A stretch of 64,000 nucleotides of DNA from Coriobacteriia bacterium (GTDB taxonomy: Bacteria; Actinomycetota; Coriobacteriia; Anaerosomatales; PALSA-660), in the NCBI GenBank assembly GCA_025361885.1, contig JANYJF010000008.1, positions 99,263-163,262 on the forward strand, read 5' to 3'. The position numbers and the translations under genes were made by a program. The notes below the pieces were generated by a model, which was not told the DNA's origin, made no database searches, and saw only the letters and a list, made by a program, of their open reading frames with translations. This document shows, piece by piece, positions 10,109 to 19,095 of the stretch (the first letter of the stretch is position 1; every line of letters starts with the position of its first letter).

Positions 10109-12216
10109 CCGCTGCTCACCCACGCCCAGTCGGCACCGAACCGGCGCTTGACCTGGACCAGGAGTGGCGCGTGGTCGGCGGAGTCGAGGCACGGGTCCGC
10201 CGCGACCATCGCGGCCGCGTCCTCGCGCGCCGCGTCGAGCAGATCACCGTCACGCAAGACGGAGGCGATCCGCAGCTGAGGCAGGCCGCTCTGGCGCTCT
10301 CCGAGCACCTGGCCCTCACCGCGAAGTCGCAGGTCTTCCTCCGCAAGGGCGAAGCCGTCGTTGGTCGCGGCGATGGCGGACATGCGCCGGCGCCCATCGT
10401 CCGTCTTGGGATCGGCGAACAGCAGGAACTCGCCCGGCGCGGCTCCGCGACCGATGCGGCCGCGGAGCTGGTGGAGCTGAGCCAGACCGAAGCGTTCGGC
10501 GTCCTCAACGACCATGACGGTGGTGTTCGGCACGTCGACACCCACCTCGATCACAGTGGTGGCCACCAGGATGTCGATGGCGCCCGCCCTGAACCGCTCC
10601 ATGGCCTCGGCCTTCTCGGCGGACTTCATCTGGCCGGTCAGCAATCCGACCTTCAGATCCGGAAACACCGTGGTGCGAAGGCGCTCGGCCTCCTTTGTGG
10701 CCGCCTTCGCCTCGGCGGAGTCGGATTCGTCCACCAGCGCGCATACCACGTATGCCTGATGGCCCGCCTCGACCGCCGCGCGCACGCGGTCGTACGCGCC
10801 AGCACGACCGCCCTTCGCCACGATCTCGGTGGTCACGTGCGTACCGTTGCGGCCGCCGGGGCGCTCGCGGATGTACGAGGTGTCGAGGTCACCGTAGAGG
10901 GTGAGCGCCAGAGAGCGAGGGATCGGCGTCGCGGTCATGACGAGCAGGTCGACCGCCTCGCCCTTACCGCGCAGGCCCAGCCTCTGTCCGACGCCGAAGC
11001 GGTGCTGCTCGTCCACGATCGCCAGCGTCAGGTGATCGAAAGCCACGTCCCCGACAAGGAGTGCGTGCGTGCCGAAGACGACCGCGATGGTCGCGTCGTC
11101 AAGCCCTTCGAGGATCTTGCGCCGTGTGTTCGCCGGAGTCGATCCGGTCAACAGCGCCCATGTGATCCCCGCGGCGTCGAGCAGCGGTCCGACCTTGCCG
11201 GCGTACTGCGTGGCCAGTACCTCGGTCGGCGCCATCATGGCTGCCTGCGTGCCGGAGTCGGCCACGCACGCCAGCGCGAGCGCCGCGACCGCGGTCTTCC
11301 CCGTCCCGACGTCGCCAAGCAGCATCCGGTTCATCGGACGTGCGGAGGCCATGTCCGCAAGGATGTCGTCGGCGGCTCGCTCCTGCTCGTCGGTCAGGCG
11401 GAACGGCAGCGCGTCACGTAGCGCGGCGAGCGCCGGCCCATGCGCTGTGTGGGCGTGCCCGGCTCGCCCGTCGACCACCTCGTAGCGCCGCAGGGCCATC
11501 GCCAACTGGATGGCGAGCAGCTCGTCGTACGCCAGCCGGCGCCGGGCGGCGTCGCGCCCCTGTGCCGACTGGGGGAAGTGGACCTCTTCCAGCGCACGAC
11601 GAAGCGGGATCAGGTCCCGCGCGACTCGGACGGCGGCCGGAAGCGGGTCGGAGACATCGGAGTAAGCGTCAAGGGCCTCCCTCACGAGCCTGCGGATCCA
11701 GTTGGTCGACAGGCCCTCGGTTGCGGGATGGATCGGCAGGATGCGACCGAGGCGCTCGGTCTCGGCTCCGTCCCCCAAGCGCTCGACGAACGGGTTCTTC
11801 ATCTGCCTGGTGCCGTACTCCATCGCGACCTTGCCTGCGAAGGCCCACCGCTCGCCGACTTTGAAGCGCGCCGCCAGATACGACTGGTTGAACCACACGC
11901 CCACGAGCAGTCCGGTTCCGTCGAAGAGCGCCGCCTCGGTGACCGACAGCTTGGGTCGGGGACGCTTCACCGTCACCTCGTGGAGGGTGCCCACGGCCGT
12001 GACCTCCTGGCCGATCTTCAGCGAGCCCAGCGGTACAGTGGACGAGAGGTCGAGGTACCGATTGGGATAGTGGCGAAGAAGGTCCTCGACACTCTCCACG
12101 CCCATCCGCGCGAGCATCTCGGCTCTCGGAGTGTCCACGAAGCGGACCCGCGTCACGGGGTCGGTCCACGCAGCGAGGCGCCCGGCCCTGTCGGGTTCGA
12201 TGGCCTTCGTGGTCAC
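10105..12216 (-). CDS. recG: ATP-dependent DNA helicase RecG
   Basis: GDVGTGKT Walker A, VDEQHRFG box and an OB/wedge N-domain. Start probably GTG 12216, just after the degV stop; the ORF extends to 12327. Confidence 0.9.
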   Translation of the reverse strand: MTTKAIEPDRAGRLAAWTDPVTRVRFVDTPRAEMLARMGVESVEDLLRHYPNRYLDLSSTVPLGSLKIGQEVTAVGTLHEVTVKRPRPKLSVTEAALFDGTGLLVGVWFNQSYLAARFKVGERWAFAGKVAMEYGTRQMKNPFVERLGDGAETERLGRILPIHPATEGLSTNWIRRLVREALDAYSDVSDPLPAAVRVARDLIPLRRALEEVHFPQSAQGRDAARRRLAYDELLAIQLAMALRRYEVVDGRAGHAHTAHGPALAALRDALPFRLTDEQERAADDILADMASARPMNRMLLGDVGTGKTAVAALALACVADSGTQAAMMAPTEVLATQYAGKVGPLLDAAGITWALLTGSTPANTRRKILEGLDDATIAVVFGTHALLVGDVAFDHLTLAIVDEQHRFGVGQRLGLRGKGEAVDLLVMTATPIPRSLALTLYGDLDTSYIRERPGGRNGTHVTTEIVAKGGRAGAYDRVRAAVEAGHQAYVVCALVDESDSAEAKAATKEAERLRTTVFPDLKVGLLTGQMKSAEKAEAMERFRAGAIDILVATTVIEVGVDVPNTTVMVVEDAERFGLAQLHQLRGRIGRGAAPGEFLLFADPKTDDGRRRMSAIAATNDGFALAEEDLRLRGEGQVLGERQSGLPQLRIASVLRDGDLLDAAREDAAAMVAADPCLDSADHAPLLVQVKRRFGADWAWVSSG

Positions 12217-12227
12217 GGGCGCCGGCT

Positions 12228-13079
12228 TCAGCCGATCGGGTAGTACGCCAGGCCCAGCGCACCGGGGCCGCAGTGGGTCCCGATGACCGAACCGATCAGC
12301 CCGACGTGGTCGAGTACGTAGTCGCACCCCGCCTCGTCCAATGCAGCGACGACCTCATCCACCAACTCAGGGACGACGGCGTGCAGGATCGTCACGCGAA
12401 GCCGGCCCAGGTCGTCGCTCTGCTTGGCCGCATGCAGCGCCGCCTCCGTTATGGCCCGGCTGCGGCCCTTGACCTTCTTGAAGGGCTCGATGACGCCATT
12501 GTTGAACTGCAGGATCGGCTTGATGTTGAGCAGCGACGCCGCCAAGCCGGTCGCGGCACCCGCGCGACCGCCCTTGACCAGGTAGTCGAGGGTGTCGAGC
12601 AGGAAGTAGAGATGCATTCCGCCCACGGCGGTGAGTGCGGCTCCCTCGATGGCCGCGGCATCCCCGCCGGCGTCGCGGGCTTCGATCGCGGCCTTCACGA
12701 CAAGGCCCGTCGCGTGCGACACGACGAGGCTATCGACGACGCGCACCCTGACGGGAGAGTCGACCGCGGCGAGCAGCGCGGACTCACATGTACCGGAGAG
12801 CTTCGCGGACAGGTGGATCGAGACGATCTCGTCGCATCCCTGCTCCGCCAATTCCGCGAATACGCGCGCGAAGTCGGCGGGTGAAGGCTGCGACGTGGTC
12901 GGCAGCTTCTTGGCGCTGATGAGCTTGGGATAGAACTCCTCGGGCGTGAAGTCGATCCAGTCGAGGTATGAGCGGTCTCCGATGATGACCTTGAGCGGCA
13001 CCATACGGACGTCATGCTCCGCCAGCCACGCCGGTCCCAAGTCGCACGTGCTGTCGGTGACGATCCCTGTCCTGCCCAT
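12228..13079 (-). CDS. DegV family fatty-acid-binding protein
   Basis: 283-aa ORF with GIVTDSTCDL N-terminus, typical of DegV. Conserved neighbour of the DAK2 protein. Confidence 0.85.
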   Translation of the reverse strand: MGRTGIVTDSTCDLGPAWLAEHDVRMVPLKVIIGDRSYLDWIDFTPEEFYPKLISAKKLPTTSQPSPADFARVFAELAEQGCDEIVSIHLSAKLSGTCESALLAAVDSPVRVRVVDSLVVSHATGLVVKAAIEARDAGGDAAAIEGAALTAVGGMHLYFLLDTLDYLVKGGRAGAATGLAASLLNIKPILQFNNGVIEPFKKVKGRSRAITEAALHAAKQSDDLGRLRVTILHAVVPELVDEVVAALDEAGCDYVLDHVGLIGSVIGTHCGPGALGLAYYPIG

Positions 13080-13143
13080 GTCGAGTCTCCTTGCCGGAAG
13101 AGGTTTGTGTGCGAGGCGCTTCGAACTGTCTGCTTCGATCCGC

Positions 13144-14775
13144 CTACTCGACGGCCATGATGAGGGGGTAGAGCGGTTGGCCGCCGCGATGGGACTCTAT
13201 CTCCATCTTGGGGTGCAGCCCGCCTAGCCGCTCCGCGAGGCTCGCGGCCTGCTCGTCCGACATGTCCTCACCTGCCAGGAGCGTCAGTGTCTCGCCGTCC
13301 CCGGCGATCACGTCGAGCAGGCGAACGGCGACTTCGGCGAGGTCGTCGCCGACGACCTCGATCTCGTGGTCCGCGATCCCGATGACCTGTCCCGCTTTGA
13401 TCGGTCCCGACTTGCCATTCGAGTCCTTGATGGCGGTGGTGATCTCCCCGGTGCGCACCGACGCGGCGGCGGCCGTCATGTTCCGGATGTTGTCGTCCAA
13501 CGAGGCCGAGGAGTCGGCCGCCAGTAGTGCTGAGAACGCCTGCGGTACGGACGTGGTGGGCACAACCCCGACCGGCTTGGATGCCACTCCGGCCATCGCC
13601 TGTGCCGCCATTATGATGTTCCGGTTGTCGGGGAAGATGATGACCGCTTCGGCGGGCACGGACTCAACGGCCTCGAGAAGCTCAGCGGTCGACGGGTTCA
13701 TGGTCTGTCCGCCACTCACCACGCGGTCGACACCGAGGCTCAGCAGGATGTCCGCCAGCCCTTTACCGGCGGCCACGGCTACGAAGCCGAGTGGCTTGAC
13801 CGGCGGCGCGGGTCTCGCGCTCGTCGTCGACCTCAGCTCCTCGGCGCGAGCCGCTGTCTGGCGTCGCATGTTGTTGACGTGGACCTCGGCGACCTCGCCG
13901 AGTCCCGTTGCGTACGCCAGGATCGAGCCGGGGTCGTCGGTGTGGACGTGGACTTTGAGCGCGTCGCTGTCGCCGACGGCGAGCTGCGAACCGCCCACGG
14001 AGGCCAGATGCTCCTCCACCGCTTCGCGATCGAGGCTCGAGCCGAAGAGCAGGAACTCTGTGCAGTAGAGATACTCGTCGTCGTCCCAGTCGTCCACCGG
14101 GGTGAAGCCGGTGAGCACGCCACCGCCGGCGCCGATCGTGCCATCGAACTCGCGCACTGCGCCGCCCGCGAGGGCCGTGGTGAATCCCTCGAACAGGATG
14201 GCGAGGCCGAAGCCTCCCGCGTCCACCACGCCGGCTTCCTTGAGCACGGGGAGCAGGTCGGGCGTTCGCCGGACCGAGTCGTAACTGGCGTCGACCACGT
14301 CCTTGAGTACGCCGACGAGGTCACGGCCCGCGGCCACGGCGGCGGGTGCCGCCTCGGAAGCGTCACGCAGCACAGTGAGCATGGTGCCCTCGATGGGCTT
14401 GCGGACGGCTTGGAACGCGACGGTCACGGACCTGGCGAAGGCGTCGGCAACTAGTTGCGGGTCGGGCTGGGACGCCTGGCCCACGACCTCGCACAGTCCG
14501 CGCAGGATCTGGCTGAGGATGACGCCCGAGTTGCCTCGAGCGCCCATGAGCGATCCGTGCGTCACCGCGTGACAGACGTCCGCCACGGGCGCGTCGTCGT
14601 CGAGCTTAGCGAGCTCGGCAACCACCGCGTCCATGGTGAGAGACATGTTCGTCCCTGTGTCACCGTCTGGAACCGGGAAGACGTTGAGCTTGTTGACCTC
14701 GTCTCTTCGGTCCTTGAGCGCCGAAGCGGCGGTCTCGATCAGGACGTGGAACGACGGCCCCTTGCGGTCGGTCAT
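13144..14775 (-). CDS. yloV: DAK2 domain fusion protein YloV
   Basis: FPVPDGDTGTNM DAK2 motif plus a YloV-type C-terminal half. Asp23 gene lies upstream. Confidence 0.85.
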   Translation of the reverse strand: MTDRKGPSFHVLIETAASALKDRRDEVNKLNVFPVPDGDTGTNMSLTMDAVVAELAKLDDDAPVADVCHAVTHGSLMGARGNSGVILSQILRGLCEVVGQASQPDPQLVADAFARSVTVAFQAVRKPIEGTMLTVLRDASEAAPAAVAAGRDLVGVLKDVVDASYDSVRRTPDLLPVLKEAGVVDAGGFGLAILFEGFTTALAGGAVREFDGTIGAGGGVLTGFTPVDDWDDDEYLYCTEFLLFGSSLDREAVEEHLASVGGSQLAVGDSDALKVHVHTDDPGSILAYATGLGEVAEVHVNNMRRQTAARAEELRSTTSARPAPPVKPLGFVAVAAGKGLADILLSLGVDRVVSGGQTMNPSTAELLEAVESVPAEAVIIFPDNRNIIMAAQAMAGVASKPVGVVPTTSVPQAFSALLAADSSASLDDNIRNMTAAAASVRTGEITTAIKDSNGKSGPIKAGQVIGIADHEIEVVGDDLAEVAVRLLDVIAGDGETLTLLAGEDMSDEQAASLAERLGGLHPKMEIESHRGGQPLYPLIMAVE

Positions 14776-14794
14776 GCACGCACTCCAGTTCGGG

Positions 14795-15142
14795 TCATTT
14801 GCGGACTTTGACGCCCTGGACGTGGATCTCGACGTCCTCGACCTTGACCTCGGCGTTGGCGGTCAAGACGTACTTCACGCGATCGGCCATGTTGTGGCCC
14901 ACCTCGGTGAGGTTCGTGCCGTACTCGGCGACCACATACAGGTCGACGCGCACGCCCTCGCCGACGCTCTTCACGGCGACACCCTTGCGGAGCTTGTCCA
15001 GCGACAGCAACTGCGCCATCCCGTCGCGCAGGGTGGGGCTCGCCATGCCGACGATCCCGTAGCATTCCAGCGCGGCGTATCCCGCCACATCGGCGAGAAC
15101 GTCGTTCGCTATCTGAACGGTGCCCTTGACTGGAGCGCTCAT
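14795..15142 (-). CDS. Asp23/Gls24 family envelope stress protein
   Basis: IANDVLADVAGYAALECYGIVGM pattern, 115 aa. Confidence 0.85.
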   Translation of the reverse strand: MSAPVKGTVQIANDVLADVAGYAALECYGIVGMASPTLRDGMAQLLSLDKLRKGVAVKSVGEGVRVDLYVVAEYGTNLTEVGHNMADRVKYVLTANAEVKVEDVEIHVQGVKVRK

Positions 15143-15339
15143 GCTTCTTCCCCGCCTTCATCGGACATCAGCAAAGCGTCGAGATCGGCGATCAGCGCAT
15201 CGACGGGGATGTCGTGCATCGCGGCCACGGCCCTGAGGGTCTCCATCTCCGCCCCCATGCAGGCAGCGCAGCCCAGACCGTGCTTCTCGAAGACGGCCGT
15301 GATCCCCGGATGGGACGTGAGGACATCCTTGATGAGCAT
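15139..15339 (-). CDS. DUF1858-type small protein (hybrid-cluster-associated redox disulfide domain)
   Basis: MLIKDVLTSHPGITAVFEKHGLGCAACMGAEMETL... Start ATG 15339 chosen; the ORF extends to 15474. Confidence 0.6.
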   Translation of the reverse strand: MLIKDVLTSHPGITAVFEKHGLGCAACMGAEMETLRAVAAMHDIPVDALIADLDALLMSDEGGEEA

Positions 15340-15462
15340 GTCGCGCGTGTAGCCTGCCACCTTCGCCTCCGCACATCCTCGCTTCGGCCATTCGCCAGCG
15401 AACCGGATAAGTATATCCGATTGCCGTGAGCGCGCCCCCACGGTGCACACAGGCATGCGTTG

Positions 15463-15491
15463 TTGTTGGCGCAACCTGCGTGTGCTAACAT
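15463..15491 (+). promoter_or_regulatory. candidate rpmB promoter: TTGTTG-17 nt-TAACAT with TGn extension
   Basis: Hexamers at 15463-15468 and 15486-15491. TGC lies immediately upstream of the -10. Sits 85 nt upstream of the rpmB ATG. Confidence 0.4.
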
Positions 15492-15575
15492 TCTCACGTT
15501 TTCACCACGGCTCGACCATCACGGTCTCGCGCAGGCGCGGCGCCGTACGGCACGAACATACGAAGGAGCAATCAG

Positions 15576-15764
15576 ATGTCCCAGGTCTGTTCCGTCTGCG
15601 GGAAGCACCCTGCCGCCGGCCGCAACGTCAGCCACTCGCACCGCGTCACGAACCGCGTCATCAACCCGAACATCCAGAACGTGCACGCGGTCATCAACGG
15701 CACGGTCAAGAAGGTCAAGGTTTGCACCAAGTGCATGAAGGCGGGCAAGATCGTCCGCGCGTAG
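15576..15764 (+). CDS. rpmB: 50S ribosomal protein L28 (zinc-ribbon form)
   Basis: MSQVCSVCGKHPAAGRNVSHSHRVTNR... RBS GAAGGAG. Confidence 0.92.
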   Translation: MSQVCSVCGKHPAAGRNVSHSHRVTNRVINPNIQNVHAVINGTVKKVKVCTKCMKAGKIVRA

Positions 15765-15831
15765 GGCGGATCCCGCGTCACGGATCGAAGCGACAGGGCG
15801 TCGCGGCCTCAGATGGCCGTGGCGCCTTTCT

Positions 15832-17568
15832 CTATCTCTCGGAACCGCGGCCGGCGGTGAGTGCGAGCGCCGGGTCGTCACGCAACAACTGCTCGAACAC
15901 CTCGACGACCTGTGGATCGAACTGAGTACCAGCCTTGCCTCGCAACTCGCGCAAGGCCCGGGAGACCGACATGGCGTCGCGGTACGGACGAGGCGAAGTC
16001 ATGGCGACGAACGCATCGGCGACGGCCAAGACGCGTGCACCGAGCGGGATCGACTCGCCTGCAAGACCGCCCACGTACCCGTGACCGTCGAACCACTCAT
16101 GATGGTGGTAGACGATCGGAGTCACGGCCTCCAAAGCGGGCACTTGCTCGATGACCTCGGCGGCCAGCACCGGATGTGCTTTCAGCAAGCCCAGCTCGAT
16201 GGTGGACAGCGGCCGCTCGCTGGCGCCGACCGGCTCCCCGACCATCCCCATCCCGATGTCGTGGAGCAAAGCGGCGATCTCGAGCGCTTGCTGGTCGAGT
16301 GGGTCCAGGTGCGAGGCGCGCCCGATGGCGGCCGCGATGTCCGTCACCCTTCCGGTCGCGCCCTTGGCGTACGGATCCTTCGTCTCCATGGCGAGCGCCA
16401 GTGCGCGAAGCGTCCCGAAGTACAGGTCGCGAGCGGAGGCCATCGCCCGGGCGTTGCGCAACGCGATGGCCGTCTGCCGACCCAGCGTCTCGAGCGCGGC
16501 CATGTGGCTGTCCGTGAATCGCGCCGGGAACGTGCGCGAACCCACGTTCAAAACGCCGAGGATCCCGTCCTCGTCAGCGATGGGGACCGAGACCGCGGAG
16601 CGGACTCCGGCACTCCGCACCGATGGCCGGCCGGGAAGGTCCTCGATGAGCAGCGGCTGCCGCGTCGAGAGCACCCACCCGGCGATCCCTTCGCCTTCCG
16701 AGACATCGGTGGACTCGACCACCCCGGCCGTCAGGCCCTTGGATGAGGCGATCCGCATGCGGCCGGTCTTCGCGTCGATGAGCATGATGCTCCCGGTCGC
16801 CGCCCCGGACAGTTTGACGGCTCGGTCCAGCGAGCGCTCGATGACCTCGTGGGGATCGAGCCTCCGCGTGAGTTCGCGAGCGGCTTCGAGCAGGGCTTGC
16901 GCAGTCTCGGTCTCTGCACGCGCCAGGAATAGCGCCAGTGCGCCCGCGAGAGCGCCGCGTACGGGAGCAGTGAGTCGGGTGAGCGTCCCTGCGTCGGGAG
17001 CGGCGTGCGAGCGAAGATCGACGGCGGCCACTCCACGCACCCCGGCGGCGGAGATGGGGACGGCAAAGCGCCACAGGGTCGTGTCGCCGCCACCGCCCTT
17101 GATGTTCGCCAGCGGCTCCAGTGTTGCGATTCCCTCGGTGGCGGCTCGACCCAGTGCCGGGTCGTCCATCCTGATCGGAGCCGAAGACGGCCCCATGGGT
17201 CCGGCGAATGTCACGAGCCTGAGCGTCGCCGTCGGAGGGTCCTCGAGCCACAGAGACGCGGAGACGGGATCTCCCGCGGCCTTTGCGGCGTCAAGAAGGG
17301 TCGATAGAACGACCGCGGGGTCGGACGAGGCTGGAACACGCGCGACGTCAGCCCGGACTGAGGGCGCGCCCGTGGAACGCGTCGCAGCAACTGCCATGGT
17401 CACGACAAGAAATGAGAGCGCGACGAGCGATACGATGGGCAGCCAAGGAGCCGCGAAGACGACTCCGGCCACACCCACAGCGAAGAAGATCGCGGCGAGC
17501 GCCGCTGATACCCGCGCGTCGATGACGCTCCCACCCCCGCTTGCTCTACGATCCCCACCCTGACACAT
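15832..17568 (-). CDS. membrane-anchored GAF / HD-GYP-type phosphohydrolase (variant GYV motif)
   Basis: Hydrophobic N-terminal helices and a GAF-like middle. LLHDIGM and HHHEWFDGHGYVGG motifs. Start ATG 17568 (MCQGG...) follows the thiN stop; the ORF extends to 17670. Confidence 0.75.
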   Translation of the reverse strand: MCQGGDRRASGGGSVIDARVSAALAAIFFAVGVAGVVFAAPWLPIVSLVALSFLVVTMAVAATRSTGAPSVRADVARVPASSDPAVVLSTLLDAAKAAGDPVSASLWLEDPPTATLRLVTFAGPMGPSSAPIRMDDPALGRAATEGIATLEPLANIKGGGGDTTLWRFAVPISAAGVRGVAAVDLRSHAAPDAGTLTRLTAPVRGALAGALALFLARAETETAQALLEAARELTRRLDPHEVIERSLDRAVKLSGAATGSIMLIDAKTGRMRIASSKGLTAGVVESTDVSEGEGIAGWVLSTRQPLLIEDLPGRPSVRSAGVRSAVSVPIADEDGILGVLNVGSRTFPARFTDSHMAALETLGRQTAIALRNARAMASARDLYFGTLRALALAMETKDPYAKGATGRVTDIAAAIGRASHLDPLDQQALEIAALLHDIGMGMVGEPVGASERPLSTIELGLLKAHPVLAAEVIEQVPALEAVTPIVYHHHEWFDGHGYVGGLAGESIPLGARVLAVADAFVAMTSPRPYRDAMSVSRALRELRGKAGTQFDPQVVEVFEQLLRDDPALALTAGRGSER

Positions 17569-17599
17569 CGCCAGAGTATACCTTCCGACCAGCGGCCCG

Positions 17600-18280
17600 T
17601 CATTGTGCGCAGATGCGTGCGGGCCGCCGCTCTCCCACCGCGACCTGGACGAGCACGACCAGCACACCATCGGCCACGGACACTGACACGCGTGGCGACG
17701 CGGCGACGTTACTCAGACCGAGGCTCGAGAGCGTAGGTAGTGAAGCGGCGTTGAGCAGGAACATCCCTCCACTGACGGCCACGCCCGTCGCGGCGCCGAG
17801 GGCGAAGACGGAGAACAGGCTCCCCGGGTGCGTGGCGAGTTCGATCGTGTGCGACGAGGAGCCTCCGACCGTCCACGCGGCGAACGAGGGCTCCTGCAGA
17901 TCGGCCGTCGCGCCCCCACCGGCTCTCACCAGTGTGCCCAGCGAGGCCAGCGTGTGGTCGAGGCGCCCGCCCATGCACGCCGTCAGCGTGATCGAGTCAC
18001 AGCCACGCGCGCGCGCGGCTGTGACCGCCAGGTCGAGGTCGCTGTCATCCTTGTCCGCCCGGTACTCCACGACCTCGATCCCCGATGCGCGCAGGCGCTC
18101 GGGCGCTCCGGGCTCGGCGGAGTCGAAGTCACCCACCGCCAGATCGGGCGCCCGACCGACCGCGAGGCACCACTCCGCAGCGGCATCGGCCGCCACCACG
18201 AACTCCGCTCTTGCCAGCAGGTCGCCGTAGAAGGCTTCCTCTCCCGGCTCGCTCGAAGCACCCACGATCACCGCGCGCAT
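17600..18280 (-). CDS. thiN: thiamine pyrophosphokinase
   Basis: MRAVIVG... with GDFDS and DKDDSDLDLA motifs. ATG 18280 overlaps the thiT stop (TGATG). The upstream part of the 403-aa ORF is rejected. Confidence 0.8.
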   Translation of the reverse strand: MRAVIVGASSEPGEEAFYGDLLARAEFVVAADAAAEWCLAVGRAPDLAVGDFDSAEPGAPERLRASGIEVVEYRADKDDSDLDLAVTAARARGCDSITLTACMGGRLDHTLASLGTLVRAGGGATADLQEPSFAAWTVGGSSSHTIELATHPGSLFSVFALGAATGVAVSGGMFLLNAASLPTLSSLGLSNVAASPRVSVSVADGVLVVLVQVAVGERRPARICAQ

Positions 18281-18852
18281 CAAGCACGCCCCGCCGCGGG
18301 GACCGCGCGCTCCAGCGCGGGCAGGAGCAGAGCCGCGGCGGCCGCGCACAGCAGCGTCGCTGGGAGCATGTAGCCGCCGTTGTACAACAGCGAGTACAGC
18401 ATCACCGGCTGGCCTTTCGGTGCGTACTGACCGAAGAAGATGACCCCCGACACGAAGTGCGGCACGAAGCGGGCCAGACCGCCGAGCACGCAGGACGGGA
18501 CGATGACCGTCCAGACCGCCGCGGCCGTCGGGCCGCCGGCAACTGCCGCACGCCACGCTCGCGATCCCAGGGCTGTGATGCCGAGGACGCCGAATGCCAG
18601 CGGGTAGTCCAACACAACCTGCGCCCAATGCACCGTCACGGGTTTGAAGATGAGGAGGGCCACCCCGAGAAGCATTCCGCCGATGATGCCGGCTCGAGCG
18701 CCGCGACGCAGCGCCAGCACCATGATGGGCAGCATCTCGAGTGAGACTGCCCCGCCTTGGGGCGCCTCGAACACCACGATGCGCGCGAGGACCACCGCCA
18801 GCGCCACGCAAAGCGCGGTCTCCACCATGGTCAGGACCCGCGGATTCCTCAT
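18280..18852 (-). CDS. thiT: thiamine transporter, ECF S-component ThiT-like
   Basis: Multi-pass hydrophobic protein MRNPRVLTMVETALCVALAVVL... Preceded by a thi-box-like leader and followed by thiN. Confidence 0.75.
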   Translation of the reverse strand: MRNPRVLTMVETALCVALAVVLARIVVFEAPQGGAVSLEMLPIMVLALRRGARAGIIGGMLLGVALLIFKPVTVHWAQVVLDYPLAFGVLGITALGSRAWRAAVAGGPTAAAVWTVIVPSCVLGGLARFVPHFVSGVIFFGQYAPKGQPVMLYSLLYNGGYMLPATLLCAAAAALLLPALERAVPAAGRA

Positions 18853-18854
18853 GG

Positions 18855-19020
18855 TCTGCTCCCTCGGTTGTGATCGGGAGCCGATGGAGCGAACAAAGTT
18901 CGGGCGCACGCCTGCCAGGCGTGAGGTGAACCGTGTTGCGAGTGCCGCATTACCGGCACCGTCCTTTCGGTCGCGGCACCATCGCCGCCTCTCAGCCGCC
19001 TTCGCGGCTCCCGATACGGT
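18855..19020 (-). promoter_or_regulatory. probable TPP (THI-box) riboswitch with SD-sequestering hairpin
   Basis: Minus strand reads GGGAGCCGCGAAGGCGGCUGAGAGGCGGCG...GACCGAAAGGACGGUGCCGGUAAUGCGGCAC. CUGAGA and GGUAAUGC elements are present, but the pyrophosphate-helix consensus is divergent. Hairpin GCUCCC-N12-GGGAGC (18858-18881) buries the GAGGGAG SD of thiT. Confidence 0.55.
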
Positions 19021-19095
19021 ATCGAGACTGACTGGTCGGCCCACGCGTGGACTCCGTGGACGTGACGATTCTAGCACCAGCCGGACTGTCAGGCG

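Noticed and set aside
15765-15831. Terminator between convergent rpmB and the HD-GYP gene
   Set aside because: Only a weak 5-bp stem (GCGAC-AGGGC-GUCGC) without a U-tract, which is not enough to call.
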